64,000 nucleotides of DNA from Thermoanaerobaculia bacterium (GCA_963781065.1 CAWAET010000014.1:41321-105320); one strand, 5' to 3'; counted from the first letter of the stretch, positions 1 to 11,060 are shown. Program-made: numbers and translations. The notes: generated by a model not told the origin, from the sequence alone.

Positions 1-60
1 GCTGGTCTGGAAGTTTTAGTCGGATCGCAGCCGCGGGCTGCGTTCCGTCCAAGTGTCAGT

Positions 61-92
61 CCCTGCATGCCGGGCACTCCCGGCATGCAGGG
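61..92. terminator. Perfect 14-bp GC-rich hairpin, possible terminator
   Basis: CCCTGCATGCCGGG-CACT-CCCGGCATGCAGGG; no U-tract. Confidence 0.35.
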
Positions 93-294
93 CCAAGACA
101 GCTGATGCCCGCATCGCCCCGCCGGGCCTCGGGCCGGGCCTGGCGGGGCAGTCCCGGCCTGGGCTTGCCGGGTGGTCCGCGGCGTTGGGCCGGGGCTCGG
201 GGCCGGGCGGCGGTTGCGTCGGGTCGTGGCTTGCGGGCAGAATCGGGCGCGCCGGCGGAACCGCTCGCGGGCTGAACCGGAAACGAGGTGAGGT

Positions 295-708
295 TTGAGG
301 AAGATCTTGACGGATACCGGCCATCCCGGCCCGGGGCGGGAGTTGGGGCTGCTGGTGCTGCGGGTGGTGTTCGCGGCCAGCCTGATCGGCGCCCATGGCT
401 GGGGGAAACTGACGCGGCTCGTCGAAGGCGGCGGCTTCCCGGATCCCCTCGGCATCGGCTCCCAGGCCAGCCTGGGCCTGGCGGTGTTCGCCGAGGTCTT
501 CTGCGCCCTGCTGGTCTTGCTGGGCATCGCGGCGCGGCCGGCGGCGGCGGTGCTGGTCGTGCTCTTCGTGGTCGCCTTCTTCGTGGTGCACGGCGACGAT
601 CCGTTCGCCAAGAAGGAGCTGGCCCTGGTCTACCTCGCGGCCTTCGCCACCGTGCTTCTCACCGGCCCGGGCCGCTACTCGCTCGGCCGGCTCTTCCGTC
701 GCGGATGA
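295..708 (+). CDS. DoxX family membrane protein
   Basis: LLVLRV...HGWGK...FPDPLGIG...AEVFCALL...HGDDPF..KELA..Y...GPGRYSL; TTG start after GAGGTGAGG. Confidence 0.85.
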   Translation: MRKILTDTGHPGPGRELGLLVLRVVFAASLIGAHGWGKLTRLVEGGGFPDPLGIGSQASLGLAVFAEVFCALLVLLGIAARPAAAVLVVLFVVAFFVVHGDDPFAKKELALVYLAAFATVLLTGPGRYSLGRLFRRG

Positions 709-718
709 GCGGCGGCCG

Positions 719-1447
719 ATGAGCGCAGAGCCGGCGGCCCGCCACATCGGCATCGTCGGCGTCAGCGCCGAGGGCGCGGCGCTGTGCTACCGGACGATCT
801 GCGTCGAGGGTGCGGCGCTGCTGGGCCGCCACGACCACCCCGAGGTGACGCTGCACACCCATCCGCTGGCGCGCTACATGGAGGCGATCGACGCCGGCGA
901 CTGGTCCGGCGTGGCGCGGCTGATGCTCGACTCGGCGCGGCGGCTCGAGGCGGTGGGGGCCGAGCTGCTGATCTGTCCCGACAACACGGTCCACCAGCCC
1001 TGGGCCGAGATCGTCGCGGCCTCGCCGCTGCCCTGGCTGCACATTGCCGAGGTGGTGGCCGAGGCCGCCGCCGCGGCTGGCCGGCGGCGGCTGGCGATCC
1101 TCGGCACCCGCTTCCTGATGGAGGGCCCGGTCTACCCGCCGGCTCTGGAGGCGCGGGGGCTCGCCTGGGAGATCCCGCTGCCGGCGGAGCGGCGCCGGAT
1201 CGACGCGGTGATCTTCGACGAGTTGGTCTACGGCCGGTTCGAGGACGCGGCGCGGCGCGACTTCTATGAGATCCTCGCCCGGATGCGCGATTCCGGGTGC
1301 GACGCGGCGATACTGGGGTGCACCGAGATCCCGCTGCTGGTGCGGGCCGAGGAGGCGCCGCTGCCGGTGCTGGACTCGACCCGCCTGCTGGCGCGGGCAG
1401 CGCTGCGGGCGGCGGTCGCCGGCGTCGAGGCGGGAGGAGAGCCATGA
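719..1447 (+). CDS. Aspartate/glutamate racemase family protein
   Basis: ICPDNTVH and ILGCTEIPLL motifs, LGTRFLME. Confidence 0.85.
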   Translation: MSAEPAARHIGIVGVSAEGAALCYRTICVEGAALLGRHDHPEVTLHTHPLARYMEAIDAGDWSGVARLMLDSARRLEAVGAELLICPDNTVHQPWAEIVAASPLPWLHIAEVVAEAAAAAGRRRLAILGTRFLMEGPVYPPALEARGLAWEIPLPAERRRIDAVIFDELVYGRFEDAARRDFYEILARMRDSGCDAAILGCTEIPLLVRAEEAPLPVLDSTRLLARAALRAAVAGVEAGGEP

Positions 1448-2082
1448 GGAACAGACATCTCACCGGCCGCTACCGGGCGATCTCCGCGCCCCTGGTCGCG
1501 GCGCTGCTGGCCGCCCTGGGTTGTGCGGCCGATCCGGTCGAGCAGGCGCCGCCGGCCCCCGATTCGCCGCCGGCCGCCGCGGCCGAGTCGCTCGAGGTCC
1601 CCTTCACCGCCGAGCAGATCCGCGAGGAGTGGCGACCGGGGCTGACCCTGGTGCTGCATTTCGCCTACCCGGATCGCCAGGAGTGGCAGCGCTGGACGGT
1701 GCTGGCGGCCGACGAGGACGGCGCCGAGATCGCCTATCTGCCGCTCGACGCCCAGGGCCAGCCGGTCGGCCTGGCGGAACGGGCGCGCAGCAGCTGGGCC
1801 GATCTGCGCGATCACGCCCTGTTCTCCGCCGCCGAGGCGCGGCGCGAGCGGGCCAGCCGGGAAACGGCCTTTGGCGAGCTCGAGGGCTGGCTCTACCGCG
1901 TGCACGATCCCCAGGCCGAGTCGATGACCGACTTCTTCTTCGCCGACGAGCTGGCCGGCGCGCCGGTCTGGATGGAGACCCGCAGCGGCGAGCGGGTCAT
2001 CCTGACGGTCAACCAGATCGCCCGTCAGCAGCTCGCAGGAGAGCCAGCAGGCGGTCCAGGAACGGCACCTGCGCCGGGTTGA
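1444..2082 (+). CDS. Hypothetical lipoprotein
   Basis: ATG after GGAGGAG overlapping upstream stop; hydrophobic stretch ending in lipobox-like AALGC. Confidence 0.65.
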   Translation: MRNRHLTGRYRAISAPLVAALLAALGCAADPVEQAPPAPDSPPAAAAESLEVPFTAEQIREEWRPGLTLVLHFAYPDRQEWQRWTVLAADEDGAEIAYLPLDAQGQPVGLAERARSSWADLRDHALFSAAEARRERASRETAFGELEGWLYRVHDPQAESMTDFFFADELAGAPVWMETRSGERVILTVNQIARQQLAGEPAGGPGTAPAPG

Positions 2083-2530
2083 GCTTGCGCCGGGCGGTGT
2101 CGAGGTCGAAGAACAGACCCTGGTCGACCTCCGGGATCTCGATCGTGCGGCCCGACCGCGGCGGCCACTCGAGCGGGATGGTGTTGCTGCGCACCGGCCG
2201 GCCCTCGGGCCAGTCTCCGGGCGCCGCCCAGGCCACCACCCGCTTGCCGCCGCGCTGGGTGACCTCGCCGAGCGGCAGCCACCCGACGCCGCCGGTGCAG
2301 GCGTCCACGGCCCGGCCGGTCTCTTCCTCGAACTCGCGGCGCGCCACCGCGCGCGGCGCTTCGCCGTCCTCGATCTCGCCCTTGGGCACGCTCCAGCAGC
2401 CCTCGTCGCGGCGGGCGAAGAACGGCCCGCCGGGGTGGACCAGGAAGACTTCGCAGAGCCATTTGGCGCGGCGGTAGAGCAGCAGGCCGGCGCTGGTGCG
2501 GGGGGACGATGGGGCCGCGGCTCGTTGCAT
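2009..2530 (-). CDS. NUDIX hydrolase
   Basis: SAGLLLYR..VFLVHPGGP..WSVPKGE...ARREFEEETG Nudix box; EWPPRSG..PEVD. Confidence 0.9.
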   Translation of the reverse strand: MQRAAAPSSPRTSAGLLLYRRAKWLCEVFLVHPGGPFFARRDEGCWSVPKGEIEDGEAPRAVARREFEEETGRAVDACTGGVGWLPLGEVTQRGGKRVVAWAAPGDWPEGRPVRSNTIPLEWPPRSGRTIEIPEVDQGLFFDLDTARRKLNPAQVPFLDRLLALLRAADGRSG

Positions 2531-2539
2531 CCGGCCAGT

Positions 2540-2695
2540 GTAGTGTCTCCGACTTCGCCTTACCGTCTGGACGGCTATCGACGCCGCTGGCGGCGTTGCG
2601 CTTCCTCGACATAGGCTCGGCTATGCCTGCGTCAGCGCGCCTTGCCAGCGACGCCGCCAGCTCGCCCATACGGCAAGGCGAATCGGAGACGCTAC
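2540..2695. mobile_element. MITE-like imperfect palindromic element
   Basis: Left end GTAGTGTCTCCGACTTCGCCTTACCGTCTGG is an imperfect inverted repeat of right end CCATACGGCAAGGCGAATCGGAGACGCTAC; central CCTCGAC-ATAG..CTAT-GCCTGCG hairpin. Confidence 0.7.
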
Positions 2696-3472
2696 CCAGC
2701 GCTCGAGATCGATCCACACCGGCGCGTGGTCGGAGGCGGTCATCCCCTCCTTCTTCTTGCGGTAGTCGCGGTCGATCTCGGCGCCGCGCAGCCGCTCGGC
2801 GACGCTCGGCGACACCAGCAGGAAGTCGATCCGCAGGCCGTGGTTGCGGTGGAAGCCGCCGGCCCGGTAGTCCCACCACGAGAACGCCTGACGGTCGGGG
2901 TGGAGGCTGCGGTAGGCGTCGACGAGGCCCGGCTCGAGCAGCCGCCGGAACCGCCGCCGCTCGTCGTCGGTGTGGAAGATGCTGCCGCCGAGCGCCTTCT
3001 CGTTCCAGCTGTCGAGCGGCGTCGGGCAGATGTTGAAGTCGCCGGCGACCACCGCCGCCCGGCCGGCGGTGCCGGCCGCCTCGAGATGCTCGGCCAGGGC
3101 GTCGAACCAGGCCAGCTTGCGCGGATAGTCCTCGTGGCCGAGGTGCTTGCCGTTGGGGCAGTAGAGGCTGGTGAAGGCGAGCTCGCCGGCGCGGGCGGTG
3201 AGCAGCCGGGCGCCCATCTCCTCCTGGCCCGGCAGGCCGGCCTGCTCCACCTCCAGCGGTTCGCGCGCCAGGACCGCCACCCCGTTCCACGCCTTCTGGC
3301 CGTGGCTGACCGCCCGGTAGCCGGCCGCTTCGAGCTCGGCGTGCGGGAACTGTTCGTCCTCGAGCTTGAGCTCCTGCAGCGCCACCAGGTCGGGCTGGCG
3401 GTCGGCGAGCCAGATCAGGAGAAAGTCGAGCCGCGCCCGCATGCCGTTGATGTTCCAGGTGGCGATTCTCAT
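2621..3472 (-). CDS. xth: Exodeoxyribonuclease III
   Basis: MRIATWNING, LQELK, GQKAWNGVA, GDFN, FSWWDYR, GLRID, SDHAPV. Confidence 0.95.
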   Translation of the reverse strand: MRIATWNINGMRARLDFLLIWLADRQPDLVALQELKLEDEQFPHAELEAAGYRAVSHGQKAWNGVAVLAREPLEVEQAGLPGQEEMGARLLTARAGELAFTSLYCPNGKHLGHEDYPRKLAWFDALAEHLEAAGTAGRAAVVAGDFNICPTPLDSWNEKALGGSIFHTDDERRRFRRLLEPGLVDAYRSLHPDRQAFSWWDYRAGGFHRNHGLRIDFLLVSPSVAERLRGAEIDRDYRKKKEGMTASDHAPVWIDLERWVASPIRLAVWASWRRRWQGALTQA

Positions 3473-3585
3473 GGCTTGGATTCTACCGGCCGTGGGGGTG
3501 TCAAAGATCGCCCCGCCGGGTCTCGACCTGACCGGCTTGCACTCCGCGACGGCGGCCCCTGGCTTTCAGGATACGCTCGCCGGCG

Positions 3586-4533
3586 ATGAACCGAACTGCC
3601 TGCTTGCTCTTGGGGTCGATGGTACTGGGTGCCGGCGCCGTCGAGGCGCAGCTGGTGCGGCTCGAGAATCGGCGACTTGCGCACGACGGGCTCGACCGCG
3701 AGTATCTCCTCTACACGCCGCGGCTTGCCGGAAGGCTGCCGGGCGCGCGGCCGCTGGTGCTGGTGCTGCACGGCGGCGGCGGCACCGCCCGGGGCATGGT
3801 GCGGAGCACGCGGCGGCGGTTCCACCAGCTGGCCGACCGGCACGGCTTCTACGTCGCCTACCTCGACGCGGTGGAGAAGACCTGGGACTTCGGCGAGGGT
3901 GAGGTGTCCGAGCGGCTCGAGCGGCGGGTCGACGACCTCGGCTTCCTGTCGCGGCTGGTCGACCGGCTGCTCGCCGAGCTGCCGATCGACCCCGGCCGGG
4001 TCTTCGCCACCGGCATCTCGCGCGGCGGCCAGGCTTCCTACTTCCTGGCCTGCAAGCTGCCCGGGCGGATCCGCGCCATCGCGTCCGTCGCCATGCCGCT
4101 GCCCGCCTTTCTCGAGGACGACTGCCGGCGCGGACCGCCGGTTGGAGTGGCGATCCTCAACGGCACCGAGGACCCGCTGGTGCCCTACGACGGCGGCCAG
4201 ATCGCCGTCTTCCGCCAGCAGCGCGGCCGGGTGCTGCCGACCGACGCCACCGCGCGGCTGTGGCGCCGGCGCAACGGCTGCTCCGAGCGGTCCGTCAGCG
4301 AGACCACCGACGAGAAGGACGACGGCACGGTGGTCGTCGAGACCCGCTGGACCGACTGCACCGGCGCGCCGGTGGTGGTCTACCGCATCGAAGGCGGCGG
4401 CCACACCTGGCCTTCTGGCGGCCAGTACCTGCCGGTCTCGCTGATCGGCCGGGTGTCGCGGGAGATCGACGGCGCGGACGAGGCGTGGTCCTTCTTCGCG
4501 CGGTTCGAAGCCGTGGCGGAGAGCGGCCGGTGA
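3586..4533 (+). CDS. Secreted LpqC/PHB-depolymerase-like esterase
   Basis: Signal peptide; LVLHGGGG, DDLGF, GISRGG nucleophile elbow, NGTEDPLVPY, GGGHTWP. Confidence 0.85.
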   Translation: MNRTACLLLGSMVLGAGAVEAQLVRLENRRLAHDGLDREYLLYTPRLAGRLPGARPLVLVLHGGGGTARGMVRSTRRRFHQLADRHGFYVAYLDAVEKTWDFGEGEVSERLERRVDDLGFLSRLVDRLLAELPIDPGRVFATGISRGGQASYFLACKLPGRIRAIASVAMPLPAFLEDDCRRGPPVGVAILNGTEDPLVPYDGGQIAVFRQQRGRVLPTDATARLWRRRNGCSERSVSETTDEKDDGTVVVETRWTDCTGAPVVVYRIEGGGHTWPSGGQYLPVSLIGRVSREIDGADEAWSFFARFEAVAESGR

Positions 4534-4943
4534 TCGGTGTCACGGCCTCGTTCACGCGGGGCGTGCGCGGCCTCGCTTGGCCGTGGTGGCTGTGGATCGC
4601 GCTTCTGGGGTTGGTCAACCTGGCGGCGCCGCTGGTCTTTCTCGGCAGCCTCGAAGCCAGAGTGGTGCTGGCGGCGACCCTGCTCGGGGCCATGGTCCAG
4701 TTCGCCATTGTCAGCCGTCTGGGCTTCGTCCGGCTGCTCGGCCTCGGCCATGTCCTGGCCTGGGTGCCGATGCTCCTGTGGCTGGTGCCACGACTGGGCA
4801 ACCTGGATCCGGGCACGGCGTTCGGCCGCTGGCTGTTCGCGGCGGTGGTCGTCGACCTGGCATCGTTGGCGATCGACTTCGTGGACGTGGCACGATACCT
4901 GGCCGGCGACCGCCGGCCGGCGCCGGGCACGGCGCCCCCCTGA
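4530..4943 (+). CDS. Hypothetical membrane protein
   Basis: GTG overlapping upstream TGA; about four hydrophobic segments; GFVRLLGLGH. Confidence 0.65.
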   Translation: MIGVTASFTRGVRGLAWPWWLWIALLGLVNLAAPLVFLGSLEARVVLAATLLGAMVQFAIVSRLGFVRLLGLGHVLAWVPMLLWLVPRLGNLDPGTAFGRWLFAAVVVDLASLAIDFVDVARYLAGDRRPAPGTAPP

Positions 4944-4979
4944 CAGGCGCAGACTGGACGCGCTAACTGGAGGAGAGAG

Positions 4980-5369
4980 ATGAGCGATTCCACCACCAAC
5001 GCGGCGCCGCGCTCGCTGATGCGCCGCGCCAACGCCGAGCCCCTCGACCCGGTCGCCGCCGGCCGCGCCACCTCCCGCCAGGTGCTGCTGGGGCCCGACG
5101 ACGGCATGCCCAACTTCGCCCTGCGGCGCTTCGTCATGGGTGAGGGCGGCGGCATGCCGCGCCACACCAACACCGTCGAGCACGAGCAGTACGTGCTGCG
5201 CGGCCGGGCGAAGATCCGGGTCGGCGACGAGGTCCACGACGTCGGCGCCGACGACGTGCTCTACATCGCCGCCGGCGTGCCCCACTCCTACGAAGTGCTC
5301 GAGGCGCCGTTCGAGTTCATCTGCGTGGTGCCGAACGGGCCCGACCGGATCGAGCTGGTGGAGGAGTAG
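4980..5369 (+). CDS. Cupin domain protein
   Basis: GGAGGAG RBS; PNFALRRF..GGGMPRHTN..EHEQYV...PHSY. Confidence 0.9.
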   Translation: MSDSTTNAAPRSLMRRANAEPLDPVAAGRATSRQVLLGPDDGMPNFALRRFVMGEGGGMPRHTNTVEHEQYVLRGRAKIRVGDEVHDVGADDVLYIAAGVPHSYEVLEAPFEFICVVPNGPDRIELVEE

Positions 5370-5381
5370 AGAGGGCGCGGC

Positions 5382-5756
5382 TCAGGAGAACTCCCCCGGC
5401 GCCCGGCCGATGTCGCGGATGCTGCAGCCGTCGCGCACCTCGAGGCCGAACTCGCGCGCCTTGGCCAGCACTTCGGGGTCGGCCGTGCCGGGGTTGAACC
5501 AGACCTCGCCGGCGCCCTTGTCGGCCAGGTCCTGGATCAGGCCGGCGGTCAGCCGGGGCGGCAGGTAGAGGCTGATGCGGTCGAGCTCGCCGGGCACCTC
5601 GGCGATCGAGGCATAGGCCTTGTTGCCTTCCACCTCGCCCCCCGCCGGGTTGACCGGGAAGACTTCCCAGCCTTCGGCGGCGTAGGCGCGGACACACTTG
5701 TTGCCGAACTTGGCGCGGTCGCGCGAGGCGCCGACCACGGCGATGGTCTGTTTCAT
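5382..5756 (-). CDS. CoA-binding protein (YccU-like)
   Basis: [32 protein letters not shown]; start overlaps selB stop. Confidence 0.85.
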   Translation of the reverse strand: MKQTIAVVGASRDRAKFGNKCVRAYAAEGWEVFPVNPAGGEVEGNKAYASIAEVPGELDRISLYLPPRLTAGLIQDLADKGAGEVWFNPGTADPEVLAKAREFGLEVRDGCSIRDIGRAPGEFS

Positions 5757-7663
5757 CCGGGGCTCCTGCGGACGACTTGGCGCTCGTCGCCCATCCTGCG
5801 GGTGACGCCCACCGAGTCGAGATGTTCGAGGATCGGGATCGCCCACTTGCGGGTGAGCCCGTAGCGCTCTTTGAACTGCGGCACCTTGAACTTCTCCAGG
5901 CCGCTGCCGCGCAGGTCTTCGGCGACCCGGTCGATGGCGGCGGCGGCGACGAGCAGCTCGCCCGGCAGCCGCACCAGCCGGCGGCGCTCGATGAGGTAGC
6001 GGATGACGCCGGCGAGGATCTGTGGTTTGGCTCCCAGGTTGCGGCCCAGCTCGGCCGGCGACGGCGGGGTCAGCCCGCCCTCGTCGAAGGCCTGCTGGAT
6101 GCGGCGCGACAGGTCGCTCTCGCCGCCGGTCAGTTCGGCGCTGCGGCCGGGCAGGTTGACCAGCTCGCCGTCGACGATGAGGATCTTCTCGGCCGCCAGC
6201 CGTTCCAGGTAGATCGGCGCCAGCCGGCCGGCCGGGCCGGGCAGGATGCGGCGCACCGCCTCGGCCTTGGGCATCCCCCGCGCCAGCCGCTCGCGACGGA
6301 AGTAGGCCGCCAGCTGGTCGCGCGCCCGCCGGGCGATCCGCTCCCAGGCTCGCGGGTCGAGCCAGCGGCGCCCGTCGCCGTGAGCGGCTGGAATCGGCAA
6401 CAGCCGGCCCGCCGCGGCCAGCCGGTCGAGGCGCGGTTCGAGGCCGTCCGGCTCGGCGCCGAGCCGGCGGGCCAGCGGCGCGGCGCCGGTGCCGGCCTCG
6501 CCGGCCTCGGCGACCCACAGCAGCAGGGCCTCGTCGAGTCCGCCGAGCAGGCCCGTGCGGGCCTCGGCCAGCGCCGTCCCGCGGCGCCGGCGCCAGGCGG
6601 GGTCGAGGATCTCGCCGCCGCCGATGGTCGCCGGCGGCGACGGCCGGCGGATGACGAAGCGGTCGCCACGCGCCGCCACCACCGGCGCCGCCAGCCGCAG
6701 CTCGACCAGGCCCTCCTCGCCCGGCTCGAGCGGTCCCTCGAGCGGCCGCAGCCGGCCGACCACCTCGGCGGAGTAGAGGTGCAGCCGCACCGCCGTCGAG
6801 CCGCGGATCGCCCGTGGCGCGTCGGCCAGCAGGCGGCAGCGCGCCGCCAGGCTGGTGGTGGCGGCGAAGGCCCCGCGGCGGACCAGCTGGCGGCCGCGCT
6901 GAAGCTGCTCGAGGGTGGCGCCGGAGAGCTGCAGGGCGGTGCGCTCGCCGCTCTCGGCGGCCTGGCGCGCCGCGCCGTGCACCTGGACGCCGCGCACCCG
7001 CACCGGGCCGCCCTCGGGCTCGTTCTCCAGCTCGTCGCCGACGCCGATGCGGCCGCCGGCCAGCGTGCCGGTGACCACCACGCCCAGGCCCTTGAGGTGG
7101 AAGGCGCGGTCGACCGGCAGCCGGGCCGGGCGGTCGGTGGCCGGCGCGGCCGCGTGGCGGTCCGCCAGCTCGACCAGCGCCGCCTCGACCTGGTCGATTC
7201 CGTCGCCGCTGACGCTCGAGGCCGCCAGCACCGGTGCGCCGGCGAAGGGCGAAGCGGCGAGCAGCTCCTCGACCTCCATCCGCGCCAGCTCGAGCAGGTC
7301 GCCGGCCACCAGGTCGGTCTTGGTCAGGACCGCCAGGCCGGCCGGGATGCCCAGCAGGCCGCAGATCGCCAGGTGCTCGCGGGTCTGCGGCTTGACCCCC
7401 TCGTCGGCCGCCACCACCAGCAGCATGACGCGGATGCCGCCGAGGCCGGCGAGGGCGTTGTGCAGGAACCGCTCGTGGCCGGGGACGTCGACAAAGCCGA
7501 TCTGCAGGTCGTCGCGCTCGAGGTGGGCGAAGCCCAGGTCGATGGTGATGCCGCGCTGCTTCTCCTCGGCCCAGCGATCGCAGTCGATGCCGGTGAGGGC
7601 CTCGACCAGCCGGGTCTTGCCGTGGTCGATGTGGCCGGCGGTGCCGACGATCACGCGGCGCAT
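5753..7663 (-). CDS. selB: Selenocysteine-specific elongation factor
   Basis: [37 protein letters not shown]; C-terminal winged-helix region [13 protein letters not shown]. Confidence 0.95.
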   Translation of the reverse strand: MRRVIVGTAGHIDHGKTRLVEALTGIDCDRWAEEKQRGITIDLGFAHLERDDLQIGFVDVPGHERFLHNALAGLGGIRVMLLVVAADEGVKPQTREHLAICGLLGIPAGLAVLTKTDLVAGDLLELARMEVEELLAASPFAGAPVLAASSVSGDGIDQVEAALVELADRHAAAPATDRPARLPVDRAFHLKGLGVVVTGTLAGGRIGVGDELENEPEGGPVRVRGVQVHGAARQAAESGERTALQLSGATLEQLQRGRQLVRRGAFAATTSLAARCRLLADAPRAIRGSTAVRLHLYSAEVVGRLRPLEGPLEPGEEGLVELRLAAPVVAARGDRFVIRRPSPPATIGGGEILDPAWRRRRGTALAEARTGLLGGLDEALLLWVAEAGEAGTGAAPLARRLGAEPDGLEPRLDRLAAAGRLLPIPAAHGDGRRWLDPRAWERIARRARDQLAAYFRRERLARGMPKAEAVRRILPGPAGRLAPIYLERLAAEKILIVDGELVNLPGRSAELTGGESDLSRRIQQAFDEGGLTPPSPAELGRNLGAKPQILAGVIRYLIERRRLVRLPGELLVAAAAIDRVAEDLRGSGLEKFKVPQFKERYGLTRKWAIPILEHLDSVGVTRRMGDERQVVRRSPG

Positions 7664-7679
7664 GGAGTCCGGCGGGTCT

Positions 7680-8150
7680 CTAGAGGCCCAGGATCTCGCG
7701 CGCCAGCCGGTTGATGGTGGCGCCGTCGGCGCGGCCGCGGTAGCGAGCCATCATCTGGCCCATGACCCGTCCGATGCCTGCCGGGCCGGCGAGGCCGCCG
7801 GCGTCGACGATCTCCTGGATGGCGCGGCGCAGCTCGCCCTCGTCGACCTGCTCCGGCAGGTAGGCGGCGAGGATCTCGGCCTCGCGCTCTTCGCCGGCGG
7901 CGCGCTCCTCGCTGCCGCCCAGGCGGTACTGCTCGCTGGCTTCGCGGCGCTGCTTGATCTGCTTCTGCACCAGGGTCGCGAAGCCGGCCTCGTCGACCGC
8001 CTCGCCGCCGCGGATGCGCTCGTTGTCGATCGCCGACAGGAGCATGCCCAGCGTGGCGACGCGCTGGCGCTCGCCCGCCTTACGCGCCGCCCGCAGGTCG
8101 GCTTCGATACGCTCCCGAGGCTCGCTCACAAGCACGATTATAGGGGACAC
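7680..8150 (-). CDS. GatB/YqeY domain protein
   Basis: [14 protein letters not shown]...E..EAEIL..YLP.Q; [13 protein letters not shown]; true start may be GTG near 8129. Confidence 0.9.
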   Translation of the reverse strand: MSPIIVLVSEPRERIEADLRAARKAGERQRVATLGMLLSAIDNERIRGGEAVDEAGFATLVQKQIKQRREASEQYRLGGSEERAAGEEREAEILAAYLPEQVDEGELRRAIQEIVDAGGLAGPAGIGRVMGQMMARYRGRADGATINRLAREILGL

Positions 8151-8207
8151 GATCCCGCGGCAACGCCGCGGGTTCGTGTCCCCCTCTGTTCCCCCCTCTG
8201 CTCTCTT

Positions 8208-10412
8208 CTAGGTCTGCGGCAAGTCGATCACAAAAACCGTGCCGTGCGGCTCGTTGTCGGTCACCGAGACGGTGCCGTGGTGGTCGGAGACGATGCGGTG
8301 GACGATCGACAGACCCAGGCCGGTGCCCCGCCCCTTGGTCGAGAAGTAGGGCAGGAAGAGCTTGCGCTTGGCCTCGGGCGGGATGCCGGGACCGCTGTCC
8401 GAGATGCGGATGGAGAGCTGCCCGTTCTCCATGACGGTGGCGACGTGGACCTGGCCCGGCGCCTCGGTGGCCTCGACGGCGTTGTCGAGCAGGTTGATCA
8501 GCACCCGCTTGATCTGCTCCTGGTCGAGCCAGCCGGCGGCGTCGCCGGGCTCGACCTTGCCGTCGACCTCGACGCCCGGCTTGATGCCTTGATAGAGCTG
8601 CACGGTCTCTTCGATCAGCGGAGCAAGCTCGACCCGCGCGGGGCGCGGCCGGGGCATGCGCGCGAAGCGTGAGAACTCGTCCACCATGCCCTGCATGGCG
8701 TGCACCTCGCGAACGATGATCTCGACCCCCTCTTCGACGGTCTTGCCCAACTCGCCGGTGCCGCGGCGGTTGTGGTGCTGCATGCGCTCGGCGGCCAGCT
8801 TGATCGGCGTCAGGGGGTTCTTGATCTCGTGCGCGATGCGCCGCGCCGCCTCGCGCCAGGCGGCGGTCTGCTGTGCCTGGATCAGCTCGGTGTCGTCCTC
8901 GATCACCATCACCCGGCCGCGTTCCCGGCCGTCGGCGTCGCGCATGGTCGTGACCGTGGTGCCCAGCGTCTTCCACTCGCCGCCGACGACGATCCGCAGC
9001 TGGCGCGTGGCCTGCGCGCTGTCGTTGTCGCCGGCGAACAGCGGCACCAGCTTGCCCCGTTCCTCGTCTTCCCAGGCCTCGGCCGGGGTGCGGCCGACCA
9101 CCTCGTCGGCCCGCTGGCGCAGCATCTCCAGCGCGGCGCCGTTGCAGGTCAGGATGCGGCCGTCCTCGCCGATCGAGACGACGCCGGCGGCGACGCTCTG
9201 CAGGACGGCGCCGATCCCGGCGCGCTCTTCGGCCAGCCGCTCGTTGGCGGCCAGCAGCTCGCGGTTGGTCTCCTCGAGCAGCTGCTTGGAGCGCTCGAGC
9301 TCGCCGGTCATGCGGTTGAACGACTCGACCAGCACGCCCAGCTCGTCCGCCGCGGTGACCTCGACCCGGTAGTCGAGCTCGCCCTCCGAGACCCGCCGAG
9401 TGCCCTCGGCCAGGGCCTGGATCGGCTCGGTCAGCCGCCGCGCCAGGTAGAGCCCGGTCCACGAAGCGCCCAGCAGGACCAGCAGGGTGACCATCAGGAA
9501 GGTCAGCAGATAGCTGGCCTCGATCTCGCCCTTGCGCATCTCGAGCTGGCGGTAGCTCTGGTAGGACTCGATCAGCTGGGCGCTGTCGCGGGTGAGCAAC
9601 GGCGCCAGGATGGTGCCGGCGACGACCAGGCGGCGCCTCTCCGGTTCGCCTTTCGACTCGGCCGCCGCCGCCAGGATCAGCCGGCCGGGGGCGCCGGCGG
9701 AGCTGGTCACCCGGACGGCCTGGCCCTCGGTCAACGCCTCGAGCAGGAAGCGCCGGTCGGGCTCGGGCAGGTTGCGCAGCCCCGACTGCGAGTCGAGCAC
9801 CGCCTCGACGAAGTCGGTGCCAAGGTAGACGCCCAGGTAGTCGAGCTCGAGATCGGCCAGGTAGCGGCTCAGTTGCCGGGTGAGCTGCGGCCGCCGGCGC
9901 GGGTTCTCGACGTCGGAGCCGGCGATCTCGGCGAGCACCCGCTGGGCGTCGCGCCGGCGCGCCTGCTCGATGAAGAGGTTGAGCTCCTGCGCCACGTCGT
10001 GCCCCTGCTGCAGCACCTGGCGGATCTCCGGCTCGTTGAACCACTGGTCGACCCAGCCCTGCAACAGCTCGCTGCCATAGACGAACAACAGCATCCCGGG
10101 CAGCAGGGCGAGGCCGATGTAGGTCGCCACCAGCCGGGTGCCGAACTTGGAGCCCAGCCGCCGGTTGCGGCGGTCGATGATCAGCTTGATGAGGTTGCGG
10201 AACAGGACATAGACGATGGTCAGGATCAGGACCAGGTTGACGTACCAGATCGCCAGCAGCAGGACCCGGTTGGCGGCCACCTCGGCGGGCAGGTCGGCGC
10301 GGCGGCCGATGCCGTAGTAGATGACCGACAGCAGCAGCAACAGGGCGATCAGCCCGCCGACGATCCAGCGACTGTCCCGGTGCCGGTCCTTGAGGGTGTC
10401 GCGCAGCTTCAC
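8208..10412 (-). CDS. NtrY-like HAMP/PAS sensor histidine kinase
   Basis: Three N-terminal TMs, GSKF motif, [28 protein letters not shown]-box, HATPase YFSTK..GTGLGL. Confidence 0.9.
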   Translation of the reverse strand: MKLRDTLKDRHRDSRWIVGGLIALLLLLSVIYYGIGRRADLPAEVAANRVLLLAIWYVNLVLILTIVYVLFRNLIKLIIDRRNRRLGSKFGTRLVATYIGLALLPGMLLFVYGSELLQGWVDQWFNEPEIRQVLQQGHDVAQELNLFIEQARRRDAQRVLAEIAGSDVENPRRRPQLTRQLSRYLADLELDYLGVYLGTDFVEAVLDSQSGLRNLPEPDRRFLLEALTEGQAVRVTSSAGAPGRLILAAAAESKGEPERRRLVVAGTILAPLLTRDSAQLIESYQSYRQLEMRKGEIEASYLLTFLMVTLLVLLGASWTGLYLARRLTEPIQALAEGTRRVSEGELDYRVEVTAADELGVLVESFNRMTGELERSKQLLEETNRELLAANERLAEERAGIGAVLQSVAAGVVSIGEDGRILTCNGAALEMLRQRADEVVGRTPAEAWEDEERGKLVPLFAGDNDSAQATRQLRIVVGGEWKTLGTTVTTMRDADGRERGRVMVIEDDTELIQAQQTAAWREAARRIAHEIKNPLTPIKLAAERMQHHNRRGTGELGKTVEEGVEIIVREVHAMQGMVDEFSRFARMPRPRPARVELAPLIEETVQLYQGIKPGVEVDGKVEPGDAAGWLDQEQIKRVLINLLDNAVEATEAPGQVHVATVMENGQLSIRISDSGPGIPPEAKRKLFLPYFSTKGRGTGLGLSIVHRIVSDHHGTVSVTDNEPHGTVFVIDLPQT

Positions 10413-10439
10413 GGCGGGCGTCCTGACGGCGGGTGCGGC

Positions 10440-10979
10440 CTACCGCGGCGGGCGCAGCTTGGCCGAGTAGCGCCAGGGCGTCGCCACCCGGCGGGGGATG
10501 AAGAAGAGGAGGTTGGCCGAGTCGATCTCGGCCCGCATGCGGATCATCAGGGAGCGCCGGTCGCCGCCGCCTTCCAGGGTGAAGATCGGCACCGCCTCGA
10601 ACCGGGTGAGCGCTCGCTCGAGCTCCTGCTCGTCGCGCACCACCCGGCTCTCGACCAGCCGGTCGTCCTGCTTGGTGTTGACCAGGTACTCGCGGGTGAC
10701 GGCGTCGTACGAGGCCACCACCTCGAGCCGGCTGGCGTCGATCTGCACGTCGAACCAGCGCTTGCGGTCGCGCAGCAGCCGGATGTCGAAGACGTAGCCC
10801 GAGGGCAGGCCGGTGCGGATGCGCTCCAGCAGCTCGTCGCTGAAGCCGTCGGTCAGCACGAAGCTGACCTGGACGCGCTGCCCGTCGAAGGCCGCCCGCG
10901 GCAGCTCGAGCCTCGGCTTGCCCGGTGGGTCGGCGGCCAGCAGCAGGCCGAGCCAGGCCAGGGCGACGGCATGCTTCAT
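10440..10979 (-). CDS. DUF4390-like periplasmic protein
   Basis: Signal peptide; position upstream of NtrY-like kinase; L.RI..GLP..F.I.L.R.R..WFD..YD.VTREY pattern. Confidence 0.65.
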   Translation of the reverse strand: MKHAVALAWLGLLLAADPPGKPRLELPRAAFDGQRVQVSFVLTDGFSDELLERIRTGLPSGYVFDIRLLRDRKRWFDVQIDASRLEVVASYDAVTREYLVNTKQDDRLVESRVVRDEQELERALTRFEAVPIFTLEGGGDRRSLMIRMRAEIDSANLLFFIPRRVATPWRYSAKLRPPR

Positions 10980-11060
10980 GGGATCAAGACTCTAGCAGGG
11001 AACGGCGATACGGGTTTGCGGCCCGCCCAAAGGGCTAGACTGAGCGGCCGGGGGTGACGA

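Noticed and set aside
1-19. Possible 3' end of an upstream gene (LVWKF-stop)
   Set aside because: Too short to support
5753-7663. Selenoprotein or selA/selC/selD cluster near selB
   Set aside because: No in-frame UGA candidate, tRNA-Sec or other sel genes recognised in the window
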